64,000 bases of DNA from Octopus vulgaris. Its lineage: Eukaryota. The DNA is taken from assembly GCA_951406725.2 (NCBI GenBank), contig OX597827.1:59396001-59460000 (forward strand), written 5' to 3'. The notes below the pieces were generated by a model. The model had not been told where the DNA came from and searched no databases. It saw nothing but the letters and a program-made list of their open reading frames with translations. Positions 1 through 12,859 of the stretch are shown piece by piece. The stretch's first letter is position 1, and each line of letters opens with the position of its first letter. The position numbers were made by a program, and so were the translations under genes.

Positions 1-283
1 GTTGACCTCGGCGGAACTTGAACTCAGAACGTAGCGGCAGACGAAATACCTATTTCTTTATTGCCCACAAGGGGCTAAACACAGAGAGGACAAACAAGGA
101 CAGACAAACGGATTACGTCGATTATATCGACCCCAGTGTGTAACTGATACTTATTTAATCGACCCCGAAAGGATGAAAGGCAAAGTCGACCTCGGCAGAA
201 TTTGAACTCAGAACGTAGCGGCAGACGAAATACCGATACGCATTTCGCCCGGTGTGCTAACCTTTCTGCCAGCTCACCGCCTT
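1..283 (-). mobile_element. tRNA-derived SINE family A (Octopus OK-like, Meta-like central domain), dimeric copy
   Basis: Reverse complement GGCGGYGAGCTGGCAGAAA...GAGTTCAAATTC (B box)...GTCGACTTTGCCTTTCATCCTTTCGGGGTCGAT; many copies in window. Confidence 0.85.
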
Positions 284-996
284 AAAAACTTCCTTTTCAG
301 TTTTTGTCTACCAGATTCACTCACGAGGCTTTGTTTGGCCTGAGGCTACAGTAGAAGACATTTGCCCAAAGTGTTTTGCAATGTGACTGAACCTGGATGC
401 ATGTGGTTGAGATATATAGATATATGAATACCATGACTGAGTGGTTGAGAAGCTTGCTTTGCAACCATGAAGTCTTGGCTTCAGTCCCACTGCATAGCAC
501 CTTGGGCAAGTCTTCAATTATTGTTCTAGGTCAATCAGTGACTTGTGGGTGAATTTGATAGATGGAAACTGTATGGAAGACCATTATATATATATGCATA
601 GCACGGAATTTTGTCAGTGAACTGATCACGGTCGCAAAGCAACAAAAATATTTTGACAAATTAAATTTAAATGTTGAAGTGAATCTAACAGTTTTTGTGT
701 GTTTTTAAATGGCTTATAAACACCTTCCATGCTGCAGTTCTATATATATGTATATATTTATTTATTTATCTATATGACATGCTTAACATAAGTATATTGT
801 TGTGTGTGTATGTATATATATATATATATATGCATATCACCAAATTTTGTATCTTTTCGTTTGTCTTGCTCACATTACGTTTGCCGAAATTTCTTGAGAA
901 CAATGTTTCTTAGTGGTCAGACTATATGGGGTCATCCTCTAGCATATTAGGAATCCACCTAGTGATCATTCCTCTTATTTGTATGTTATGTATGCA

Positions 997-1183
<187 letters not shown>

Positions 1184-1235
1184 GTATATCTTTATCAATC
1201 TTTCTCTTTCTCTCCCTCTCTCTCTATATCTATCT

Positions 1236-1310
<75 letters not shown>

Positions 1311-1629
1311 ATACATATATATATATATGTATATAGACATGTGTGTGAAACTTTGTGTTTGTGTTTGTAACTCCACAGCTTGAAAGCTAGTGTTGGTTAG
1401 TTCATGTCTATCAGCAGTTTTGGCCAAAGACAACCAATAGAATAAGCAGCAACCTTTATAAAATGAAAATCTGGGTCAATTTGTTTGCGTTAACCCTCGA
1501 AGGTGGCGCTCCAGCATGGCCACAGTAACTGAATGTAGTAACAGATAAAAACGAAGCAGTAAACCTCGAACTGTTTAAAACGAAGCAAATGAAACAAGAA
1601 AAGGAAAGAGAAAATCAGAGACTACCAAC

Positions 1630-1793
1630 CTTTGCACTTGAACTTGCTTCCTCTGATATTGCCTATCTTCTTCCTGCGCATGCGCCGTGGGCTTTCACAG
1701 CGAGCACCACTGGTCTCCACTGGATAATTGTGCAGATATTCAGACAACCAGCGCAGGTTGCAGTCACAGATGAATGGATTGCGAGCTAGATGC
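1630..1793 (-). CDS. slit: Slit, 164-nt exon, LRRCT cap of D2 with basic patch; gene continues left of window
   Basis: ctctcag|GCATCTA...CAAAG|gttggt; [54 protein letters not shown]. Confidence 0.97.
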
Positions 1794-1897
1794 CTGAGAG
1801 ATTAGCAATGGTTAATGGTGGTGTAATGATATTTAGCTTAAAAAGTGAGAGACAAGAATAGAGAAGAAATAAGACCAGAATAATACATATGTACACC

Positions 1898-2300
1898 TCG
1901 ATTACATCGACCCCAGTGCGTAACTGGTACTTATTTAATCGACCCCGAAAGGATGAAAGGCAAAGCCGACCTCGGCGGAATTTGAACTCAGAACGTAACG
2001 GCAGACGAAATACCGCTAAGCATTTCGCCCAGCGTGCTAACGTTTCTGCCATCTCGCCGCCTTGATGATGATAATAATAATAATAATAATAATATTCCTT
2101 TCTACTAAAGGCACAAAGTCCGAAATTTTGGTGGAGGAGACTAGTTGAATACATCAACGTTTGTGCTTATTTCATTGACTCCAAAAAGATGAAAGGTAAT
2201 GTCAACCGTAGCAGAATTTGAACTCAGAACATAAAACCAGAAGAGATGCTAATAAGCATTTTGTTCAGTGTAGTAACAATCCTTCCAGCTTATCCCCTTA
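1898..2300 (-). mobile_element. SINE family A, two copies separated by (AAT)n
   Basis: Same sequence as 1-283. Confidence 0.85.
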
Positions 2301-2616
2301 GATAAAGCTATAAATAATAGTGTATAAATACTGGCTTAATAAAAAAAAAAAGCCTTGGGAGGAAAAAATGTCAAAAGCTGTCCGTGAGACTGGAACCCGC
2401 AACTTCTATAAACATAACACAAATGACAAAGGTTCAACTACCGAGGGCAACCTTTGACCATTTCCTTCCAAGGGGTTTTTTAGCCAAATATTTTCACTCT
2501 TATATACACCTTCATCTACTTTGAGTTCACACCATTAAAAACGATTTCTATGTGTAAAAATATTTAGTTATGAAAGGGTAGAAGAAATTCTATAAAAATA
2601 CAAAGATGCAACTTAC

Positions 2617-2688
2617 AGAGTTTGTATATTCTTCAATGGTAAGAATGTTCCATTGGAAAGACTTTCAATCTTGTTATCATAGAGAGAT
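2617..2688 (-). CDS. slit: Slit, 72-nt LRR exon (D2)
   Basis: atttcag|ATCTCTC...ACTCT|gtaagt; SLYDNKIESLSNGTFLPLKNIQTL. Confidence 0.97.
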
Positions 2689-2944
2689 CTGAAATACAAC
2701 GAGTCATTGTAAAGAAAAACACTAACAATGGAAAAACCAAACCAGCTCCCTTTCATCAGCAACATTCTCTCTCTCTCCCATTCTTCTTCTCTTCCCATTT
2801 ACACTAAAGCCCTACATGTTTCTTTGATAAAGCAAATTCTCATGGGGTGGTGTGTGATGTGTCCATTAATCCCGCTAATACATGTGCAGCCATAAAATCA
2901 GAATGGCACAAAGTTACTTATTGTTCATGTTTTACATATCAAAC

Positions 2945-3518
2945 AGGTGCAGTTGCGGCTGAGTGGTTAAGAAATCTGCTTCTTGACCACATGGTTTTAG
3001 GTTCAATCCCACTGTTTGGTATCTTGGATAGGTACTTTCTACTGGAGCGATGGGCAGGCCAAAGACTTGTGGATGGATTTGGTAGATGGAAACTTTCGTG
3101 GGCAATGTCATGTAAAAGCGCTCGAGTGGTACCACCTAAAAGCGCTCGCACGGTTCCGCAAAAGCGCTTGTGCGATGTCACGTAAAAGTACCCGTGTTGC
3201 GCCTCGTAAACGCGCCCAGTGGTGTCACGCTAAAGCACCGATACAGCGTCACGTAAAAGCGCCCGTGTGCTTCCATGTAAAAATGCTTGTGTGGTGACAT
3301 GTAAAGCAGCCGTGCGGTGCCACGTAAAAACATCCAGCTTACTCTGTAAAATGGTTGGCGTTAGGAAGAGCATCCAGCTGTAGAAACCTTGCCAAATCAG
3401 ACTGGAGTCTGGTGCAGCTTTCCAGCTAACCAACTGTGGCTACACCGTCCAACCAATGCCAACATGGATAATGGATGTTAAATGACGATGATGAAAATGA
3501 TGATGATGATGATGATGA

Positions 3519-3520
<2 letters not shown>
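2945..3520 (+). mobile_element. SINE family B-like head with internal minisatellite and (GAT)n tail
   Basis: tRNA-like head, ~10 CACGTAAAAGCRC units, then GGTTGGCGTTAGGAAGAGCATCCAG segment. Confidence 0.7.
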
Positions 3521-3589
<69 letters not shown>

Positions 3590-3876
3590 TATTTCGTTTT
3601 TGTATTTGGTTTGCAAGATTCTTTATGTGAATTCGTGTTTTGAACGAGGAGGGCATCCTGCAGTAGAAACATCTATCTTAACAGGCGCATGCAACCATGG
3701 AAAAGTGGACGTTAAATGATGATGCCAATGATGGTGAGATGACGATGACGATGATGACGATGACGATAATTGATGATGATGATAACGACGACGACGATGA
3801 TGTTGATGATGATGATGATGACGACGACGATGATGACATACACACGCATCTTTATAAATATTCATAAGATACTCAC

Positions 3877-3948
3877 AGTAAATTGAGATTCCCAAGATCA
3901 ACAAAGGTGTCTTCTCGAATGCAATTTATTTTATTAGCATTGAGTAAT
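3877..3948 (-). CDS. slit: Slit, 72-nt LRR exon (D2)
   Basis: ttcacag|ATTACTC...TTACT|gtgagt; LLNANKINCIREDTFVDLGNLNLL (diagnostic LLNANKI motif). Confidence 0.97.
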
Positions 3949-4438
3949 CTGTGAAGAGATGGATAGAAAAAGGGGAAAAAAAAAGAAAAGAAAAGAAAAG
4001 AGAGATGACGCTTATTTGTGATTAAACATAAAAAAATAAATTTTGCTGGCATCAGTGTTTTTTATTATATATACATTGATTGGCCATCAATATTTTTGAT
4101 CGATTGAAACATTGAAACACAGCATATGATAATCTCTGTCACTCTTTCAGTTTCTCCTCCTCCTCCTCCTCCTCCTCCCCTTCCTCCCTTGGATGACATT
4201 ATCTCTATGTTCTGAAGAAATATGTAGACACGCTTGCTGTCATTATATCATGCAGACATATACAGACTACATACATACGTATAAATTTGTGTGTGTGTGG
4301 GTGGGTGCGTCCTATTTTATTGGATGTGGCCTTGATGGTGAACTGCTATTTATAATATATATATAAACATGCTTACACACACTTACACTCACACACATAT
4401 ATATATATATATATATATACATACATACATACATATAT

Positions 4439-4469
<31 letters not shown>

Positions 4470-5804
4470 CATACACACACATATATATATATATACATAT
4501 ACATATTTATATATATACTTATATATACATATATACAAAGTGACTCAAGGCTTAAGAGTTCTGTGCAAGCAACTGTTCAAACATTTGGTGAAGAACCCCA
4601 GTTCTTGAATCACTTTCAAGTTTCTATTGATCAATAACAATAATAATTGTTTCAAAACCTGGTATGCGGTCACCAATTTTAGTGAGGTGAGAAAGTTAGT
4701 TAGAGTGACCCTATTGTTCAACTTGTACCTATTTTATCCGTCCCAAAAGAATGAAAGGCAAAGTTGTACAGATTGGAAAGAACTAACTCAATACATGAAA
4801 ATGTCCGTATGTTTATTTGGAACAAGAAAGGAAACAGGGTAAACCTTCAAAGCATACACTTATAAGTATTTGTATATGCAATATAATACTTTCTAATTTT
4901 ACACAAGAGCGGCAATTTTAATGGGAGGTGATTGTTCATTAGGTAGACACCCCAAGTACTTGACTGGTGCTTTATTTTATCAATTATGAAAAAAAAAAGA
5001 GCTCCTTTCTGAGTCATGCAGACTCATAGGGCGTATGAGTTATATAGACTCGTAGAGCCGGTTTCCTGGTATCTGTGGTGCATATACTCCCCACTGAATG
5101 GGACATCGATCCGTTGCAGGATTATTCATATTCGAAAGCTGAGTAGACGGGAGCAACGAGAAATGGAGTGTTTTGCTCAAGAACATAATGTGTTGCCCAG
5201 TTTAGGAACCGAAACCACAATCTTACGACAACGAGTCAAACATCCTAGGCATTAAGCCACACACCTCCACTTTCATTCTGAAAGGATGAAAGGTAAAGTC
5301 GACCCAGAAGCATTTGAACTCAGAACATGAACGCATTACCCGCTCCAGGAATCGAAACTATAATCTTCCGATCTTGAGTCCAAACACGAAGTAACGTACC
5401 TTCATTTCATTCCGAAAGGATGAAAGGTAAAGCTGACTTCAGTAGTATCTGAACTCAGCCCGCGAACGCAGCGCCTGCTCCAGGAATAGAAACCATAATC
5501 TTACTTTCATTAGTCTAACATCCTAACCACTAAGTCACGCAACCCCACTTTCATTCTGAAAGTATGAAAGATAAAGTTGACCTCAGTGGAATTTGAACAC
5601 GGAACCTGAAGAGCCGGAATAAATGCTCCAAAGCATTTTGTCTAACGCAGTGTATGTGTGTGTATGGTGAAGGATTTGAGGAAATGAAGAGGACAGAGAT
5701 CTGAATGAGTAAAATTCACTTACCTGATTGAGACTACCTCTCCTCCTGTTTTGCATGGAACCCTCTGACTCTATTAGCCAAAACTATCGTTCTCTCGTCC
5801 TATT

Positions 5805-6225
5805 ATTTCTTTATTTTTTATTGCCCACGAGGGGCTAAACATAGAGGGGACAAACAAGGACAGACAAAGGTATTAAGTCAATTACATCGACCCCAGTGCG
5901 TAACTGGTACTTAATTTATCAACTCCGAAATGGTGTAAGGCAAAGTCGACCTCGGTGGAATTTGAACTCAGAACGTAGCGGCAGACGAAATACCTATTTC
6001 TTTACGACCCACAAGGGGCTAAACACAGAGAGGGCAAACAAGGACAGACAAACGGATTAAGTCGATTATATCGACCCCAGTGCGTAACTGGTACTTATTT
6101 AATCGACCCCGAAAGGATGAAAGGCAAAGTCGACCTCGGGGGAATTTGAACTCAGAACGTAGCGGCAGACGAAATACTGCTAAGCATTTCGTCTGGCGTG
6201 CTAACGATTCTGCCAGCTCGCCGTC
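5805..6225 (-). mobile_element. SINE family A, dimeric copy
   Basis: Two near-identical units; junction GACGAAATACCTATTTCTTTA. Confidence 0.88.
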
Positions 6226-6923
6226 GTCCTATTATTTCTGTAATTAGGTCCCCACCCATGTTCTCTCCTGCTTCTCTCTTTTTCTCTCTCTTACTTACAA
6301 TCTGTGACTCAGTAGCGCACCTGGGTGGGGTGAACTGGGGGTTAGGGAGCTGTGAAGAGGTGGTCCGCCTGTAGGATGTTTTTTATGGGTGGAAAGTGGG
6401 GCTGGCGCTTTTGGGTCTGCTGTTATAAGCCTGTATATACTCGGATGGGACAGCAAACTGAAGGAATTGTTTGGGTCCACATACTTTTGCTACGCCATGA
6501 CAAAAAAAAAAGAACAATCTCCTTGGAGGGATTTTAACAAATTTCAAAAAGAGAGAGAAAAAATACCCCACAACCCCCTAAAAAATAGACAAAAGAACAA
6601 AGCAAAAAAAATTAAGACAGGTCATTATAATGCAGGATATTAATGAAGAAGCGCCATGAAATTTTGAAAAGAGTTGTGGAAATTTTTTACAAAAACAACG
6701 ACGACCACGTAAACAACAACAATAACAACAACAACAACAACAACAGCAGCAGCAAGGTGAATATATGCTGGCAATATAACAACGACAATAACAACAACAA
6801 TAACAACGGGAGCAACGGCGGCGTCAGCAGTAGTAGCAGCAGCAACAGCAGTAAGAGCAACAGTAGCAGCAGTAGTAGTAGTAGTAGTAATAACATTAAT
6901 AGCAACCATAATTGTTACAGCAA

Positions 6924-6974
<51 letters not shown>

Positions 6975-7355
6975 CAGCAGCAGCAGCAAGAATATTAATG
7001 GAAGTAGTATTAGTAACATTAGTAGTAGTTGTAGTTGTAGTAGTAGTAAGAATTTCTGATGCATTCTTGAGGTGGTTGTTGGGTAGTGGTGGCCGGGTAT
7101 TATAATATTATAAATTGACTGGTGCTTATGTTTATCGAACCCCGGCGAAATTCGAAGTCGGAAACGGGAGAAACGACATGGCTAAATCTTATAATGAATT
7201 TTGTCTGACACTTAACCGATTTTGCCATTCATAGCTTGGCCTTCGGTTTTTAGTCAGTGGATGAATCGCGACATCAGGACCTCATTCCAGGGCTTTTGTG
7301 GTTGGTGTGTGTGTGAGAGAGATAAATAGATAGAGAGAGAGAAATAGAGATAGAT

Positions 7356-7417
<62 letters not shown>

Positions 7418-7881
7418 GGTAGGGGAGTGTGGAAGGCAATGCCCATGTCGGAAACCCGACTAGATTCTCTACTGAGGACATCCAAACGCCTAGAGGCTGT
7501 TAATCCTAGTTGACGTTTATGAAGTTGATCCTAGACGTATTAGACGTATATATTCTCAACCATATTATTAGACGTATTAAATAAAAAATAATAAATGCAC
7601 CCTTTTTAAAGCCTAACCAGGCTCATGGGCCCGGTTTCTATGGCGTATGTGTTCCCCCAGCTGGACAGGACGCCAGTCCATCGCAGCGTTACTCATTTTT
7701 GCCAGCTAAGTGGACTGGAGCAACGTGAAATGAAGTGTTTTGCTCAAGAACACATCGCGTCGCCCGGTCCAGAAATCGAAACCACAATCTTACGATCATG
7801 GTGTGACGCCCTAGCCACTAAGCCATGCGCCTCCACATTAGACGTTTTAGACGTATATATATATTAGACGTATATATACTG

Positions 7882-8212
7882 CGACATCAATATTAGCAAC
7901 TGGGAAGCAGTTGCCAGCAACCGTGGAGATTGGCGACGCACCGCAAAAGAGGGAACACAAAGGAGTGACAGAGGGAGAGAGGAGAATTTGAAAGACAAGA
8001 AAAGACGTCAATAAGAAACTATGACATTACAACCAGCCAGGCAAAGTCTTCGCTACATTTGCGGCACATGCCAGAGGGAGTGTTTGTCCAGGATAGGACT
8101 ACACAGCCACAGCAGGAGATGTATTAGGACATGAAATGTAAAAGCCGAGCTTGATTATTCTATGCGCAACTCCATTGTCTCCCGAGACAAAAAGGATGCC
8201 AACAACAACAAT
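7882..8212 (+). mobile_element. RTE-clade LINE 3' end
   Basis: INISNWEAVASNRGDWRR...YICGTCQRECLSRIGLHSHSRRC, short 3' UTR, (CAA)n tail. Confidence 0.8.
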
Positions 8213-8223
8213 ATATACTAGAC

Positions 8224-8460
8224 CAGTGCTTCTCAACTATTTTTTTTTTACTTATGGACCACTTTGATTACTATTTCACTCTGGCGGACCCCCATCAGCA
8301 CTCAAAGCGGTACTTTTTCAAAATTTCCGTATTGCTTTACACACATTTACTTGTGTAGTTCGAATTATGTAAACTGTTAGAGAAAGAAACTGAGCTGCTT
8401 CTTGCAATAAATAATATGTCTAAAGCAAAAGTTGTTCCCGGACTCTTAATATACTTGTGA
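8224..8460 (+). mobile_element. hAT/Charlie-like MITE end
   Basis: Begins CAGTGCTTCTCAAC (hAT-Charlie TIR-like) after ACTAGAC; second TIR not seen. Confidence 0.45.
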
Positions 8461-8952
8461 ATAGGGGCTTTGTAAATATTTTGATCATGTCCGATGTAAG
8501 GCGATCTTTCTGAGCAATTCGTTCTCTGCTTGTATTAAAACTAATTTCACCCCCATCAATTACTCCTTGCGGGAGGTGTCCTCATGCACCAGACCACGTG
8601 AAACGCCAAATTTCATTTTCGAGACCAACTCAAAGCTTCTCTCTTCCGCTGCTCCATTGCCCCAAACATCTGGGCCAAAGTGGCGGCATGTCATTATCAA
8701 GACTTGATGGAAAATAACAGACGTCGGGAAGTAGAAATCAGACGTCAAGGACGCAAAAACGGCGGCTCACACTTTCTCGTCTCCTACCGGCACCCTACCC
8801 CTGTGGTGAATGACCTCGGCTCTTCTGTGCCGCCTTCGGCTTGAAAAGCCACTTCGGGCACCGGCGTCCTTTGCACCCATTAGAATGGGGAGGCTCAACA
8901 ACGAGCTGCATATCTACTATACATATACAAGTTCACACCGACACCAACGTCG

Positions 8953-9017
<65 letters not shown>

Positions 9018-9437
9018 CATGATCACAGGAAGAGCACTCGGCTATAGAAAATCTACCTCAACAAATTCCTTCTGACCTATATAAACATGGAAAAGTGGAT
9101 GTTAAATGATGATGATGATGATGATATCTGAAAAATTTTAAGAAAAATTTCTTGAAAAAGATTTCCTTAAATTAAAAATGATCAATTATACAAAGAAGTC
9201 TTAAAAAATAGCAAACCGACAATAGTCTTTTTAATATATTTAATAATTTTTACTTTAGAAAAATCTTTCTCATATGTGTGTCTGTGCGTGCGTGCGCGCG
9301 CGTATATGTATGTGTGCGTGTGACTTGCCCGCTTAGCCAGGGGTGTGATATCATTTGAGTGATAAAACAATGTGAAGAAGCGCATTGTGACCAACGGTGT
9401 ATAACAATATCTAATAGTCTTGTTGATACAGTGATAT

Positions 9438-9472
<35 letters not shown>

Positions 9473-9551
9473 CGTATATATATATATGTATATATATGTA
9501 CGTATATGTATATATATATATATGTATACGTATATATATATATATGTATAC

Positions 9552-9612
<61 letters not shown>

Positions 9613-9696
9613 GGTTCCGGGTTGAGTCGGGGTTAACCACAGTAAATAAGGTACTCAATACATAGCAGAGTAAATTAATTTATTTTATAGAAGGAG

Positions 9697-9743
9697 CTTC
9701 TACAGGACTAGAACTGTTTCATTCAAAAGAAATCATCAGGAAG
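9697..9743 (-). ncRNA. Type I hammerhead ribozyme motif with intact core, in probable PLE remnant
   Basis: CUUC-CUGAUGA-UUUC(UUUU)GAAU-GAAA-CAG(UUCUAGUC)CUG-UA-GAAG. Confidence 0.65.
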
Positions 9744-9779
9744 AAACAGTTCTAGTCCTGTAGAAGCTCCTTCTATAAA

Positions 9780-9861
<82 letters not shown>

Positions 9862-10096
9862 ACTATTTTTCTCAACTTACGGTCCTTCACCTCATTTTCT
9901 TTTCCTTTCAGCGGGGTTGTGCTTTCCTCATCCTACATATTTCGTTCATACTCCTCTTTTTTTTAACCAAACTTTCATGAACCGTAATCGGTTCATGCAA
10001 GTGTCAGTCTTATCATAGAAGTAGAAACATATACAACGTTTAATAGTCTCTCTTGAGCAGCTTTTCTCATTGACAATGACATCTGTGCTTACCAGC

Positions 10097-10205
<109 letters not shown>

Positions 10206-10471
10206 CATGCATGCATGCATGTATGTATGTATGTATGTATGTATGTATATAGCGGTTATGAGAGGTAATAGTGTCAATAAGACCCAAAGGTGTCAGGTAA
10301 TGCTGAGTAAATGCTATGGATAGACCATAGTTAAGCTCCAGGTTCGGTGATTATGCGAATAAGGTGTCCAACGTAGGTCATATATCAGTATGTGTATATA
10401 TAGTAAAAAAAAAGGTTTCAGAATGGGATAAAAAACCGAGGCTGTGAAGGTTTTAGAACATTTATAAATAG

Positions 10472-10519
10472 GTCTTACAGCTGTTTCCAGGATATTTATT
10501 ATATCCCTTCATCGGAGAC
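10472..10519 (-). ncRNA. Minimal type I hammerhead motif with U4C change
   Basis: GUCU-CCGAUGA-AGGGAUAU(AAUAA)AUAUCCUG-GAAA-CAGCUG-UA-AGAC. Confidence 0.6.
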
Positions 10520-10750
10520 GGTGTGAGAAAATGGTTAAGAAATAGTTAAGAAATAGTGTACATATATATTCCTCTCCCCTTACCGAAAGCTGAACAGTTA
10601 TCCCCATTGCCCACAACACAATAATAACGACAACCAATTACCTTCCCTTATTTTTCTACTTGTGAAGTTATTCACTCGTAAATATCATCACACACAACAT
10701 GGACAAGAATTTCTTCTTAAGAAAATATATATTCAGATAAATAAACCCTA

Positions 10751-10785
10751 ATATCATGAATAGCGAAAGCGAAACCGGTCGATAT
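10751..10785 (+). ncRNA. Minimal type I hammerhead motif, A3-U8 core variant
   Basis: AUAUC-AUGAAUA-GC(GAAA)GC-GAAA-CCGG-UC-GAUAU. Confidence 0.6.
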
Positions 10786-10896
10786 ATTAAAAATTATATT
10801 AAAACTATGTAAAGTTTGTGTGTGTTTTCCTTATTTAATTTCTTACATATATTAGAACTCACCACGTGGGGATAATCGAAATTCACCCCTTTCTGT

Positions 10897-10962
<66 letters not shown>

Positions 10963-11242
10963 GAATATATATTCATATATATATATGAATATATATATAT
11001 GTTTAATAGAAACATTGTTGTTCCTAAATCCCTCAACGAGAGATATTCAGTAGCAGCACTTTGAAGTAACGATTTTTTGCCAACCTAATGTGGCAGGTCC
11101 GTTTTGGGTCGAATGCGCGTTCAGTTCATTAAACTGCAAACCAATAGCAATAAAAGTTTAAGAAGAGCTAAAGCGAATGTTGAGATTAGACGACTTGGAA
11201 GAATAGAAAACAGACGATCTTATTGATATTTGAAAAAATTCG

Positions 11243-11460
11243 TTTTCTTTGCAGCTGTTTCAATGACTCACACTAAAACATTGTCAACCAAACAACGATT
11301 ACATAATTCTTAATTATAGTTATTAAATTAATTTGGTTAGATTACTTTAGTTGAATGTAACTCATTTAACTAAATTAATTTAATGGCTATTAATCAATAA
11401 TTATTTATTTATTTGCTCGACAATGTTTTAGCATGAGTCATCGAAACAGGTGTAGGAAAA
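11243..11460. repeat. Diverged AT-rich foldback, ~100-bp arms
   Basis: CTGTTTCAATGACTCACACTAAAACATTGTC / GACAATGTTTTAGCATGAGTCATCGAAACAG; TTAAATTAATTTGGTTA / TAACTAAATTAATTTAA. Confidence 0.8.
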
Positions 11461-11901
11461 AATGTTTTGCTCTAGATCGTGGTATATGTAGTGTAAAAAA
11501 ATGTCACATAAAAATAATGCAAGACACAAAATGATGACAAGGAAGCAATAAAGTAATGAAGATGGGTTAATGCAATGAAATATAAAGCCGTATTCACGTA
11601 CGTGGAGATATGTTTGGAAATATAAGTAAAAATAGTATTAGCAGTAGGAAGAGGAAGTTAGACGAAGAAGGCGGAGGACAAGGAAAAGAAGAAATGTGGT
11701 ATCTCCACAAATATTAGTAGTAATAGTAATAATAGTAATAATAGTAGTAGCAGCAGCAGCAGTAGTAGTAGTAGTAGCAGCAGCAATGGCAACGATAGCA
11801 ACAAAAACAACAGCAGTAGCAGCGACAACAGGAGCAGCAGCAAACAGCAGCGATATTTAGCAGTAAAAGTGGTAGTAGAAGAATTAAAATGAACATTATC
11901 T

Positions 11902-11946
<45 letters not shown>

Positions 11947-12083
11947 TACAGATAGCAGTTGGTTAGCGAGGAGGGAAATGTTATGGACAGCCAGGAAGTA
12001 ATGGCGGGGTTAAAATGACTAGAGCGACCAGAAACGGCGAGAAACGTCCAGAAACGGACGTGAATCTTGTATAGAATACTCAC

Positions 12084-12155
12084 AGTAATTGTAATGAGGT
12101 TAAACCACGGAACACGCCGTGTGGAAGATCAACAAGTTTGTTTCCATAGAGAATC
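12084..12155 (-). CDS. slit: Slit, 72-nt LRR exon (D2)
   Basis: tatacag|GATTCTC...TTACT|gtgagt; ILYGNKLVDLPHGVFRGLTSLQLL. Confidence 0.97.
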
Positions 12156-12270
12156 CTGTATAAGAGAGAAAACAAAATAACCGACGGCAGATCACACGAC
12201 TGTCATGTGTGTTATGAGACTGTATATGTGTGTGTATACGTTTGTGTGTGCATGTTATTACACGTGTGTT

Positions 12271-12313
<43 letters not shown>

Positions 12314-12369
12314 TGAGACTTGTGGAAAGTAGTGGTAGCGGCGGCAGGAGTAAATTATTGGGGTACGAA

Positions 12370-12820
12370 TCATTCTATTATAGGTACAAGGCTTGAAAGA
12401 TTCTATTACAGGTACAATGCCTGAAATTTTAGAGGGAGAGAGATAGTAGATTACATCGACCCCAGTATTCAACTGGTACTTTATTTTATCGACCCTGAAA
12501 GGATGAAAGGCAAAGTTGGCCGCAGTGGAAACTGAATGCAGAACGACAAGCGAGAAGAAGTGCCCCTAAGCATTCTGTCCAGCGTACTAACGATTCTTAT
12601 ATCTTTATTGCCCACAAGGGGCTAAACATAGAGGGGACAAACAAAGGGATTAAGTCGATTACATCGACCCCAGTGCGAAACTGGTACTTAATTTATCGAC
12701 CCCGAAAGGATGAAAGGCAGAGTCGACCTCGGCGGAATTTGAACTCAGAACGTAACGGCAGACGAAATACGCTAAGCATTTCGCCCGGCGTGCTAACGAT
12801 TCTGCCAGCACGCCGCCTTA
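12370..12820 (-). mobile_element. SINE family A, tandem copies
   Basis: Family A consensus. Confidence 0.85.
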
Positions 12821-12859
12821 GAGGCTGAGAAGGAAAAGAATTCAGGGAAAGAAGAAAAC

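Noticed and set aside
3100-3332. CRISPR-like array
   Set aside because: Eukaryotic context, degenerate adjacent units without unique spacers, no cas genes.
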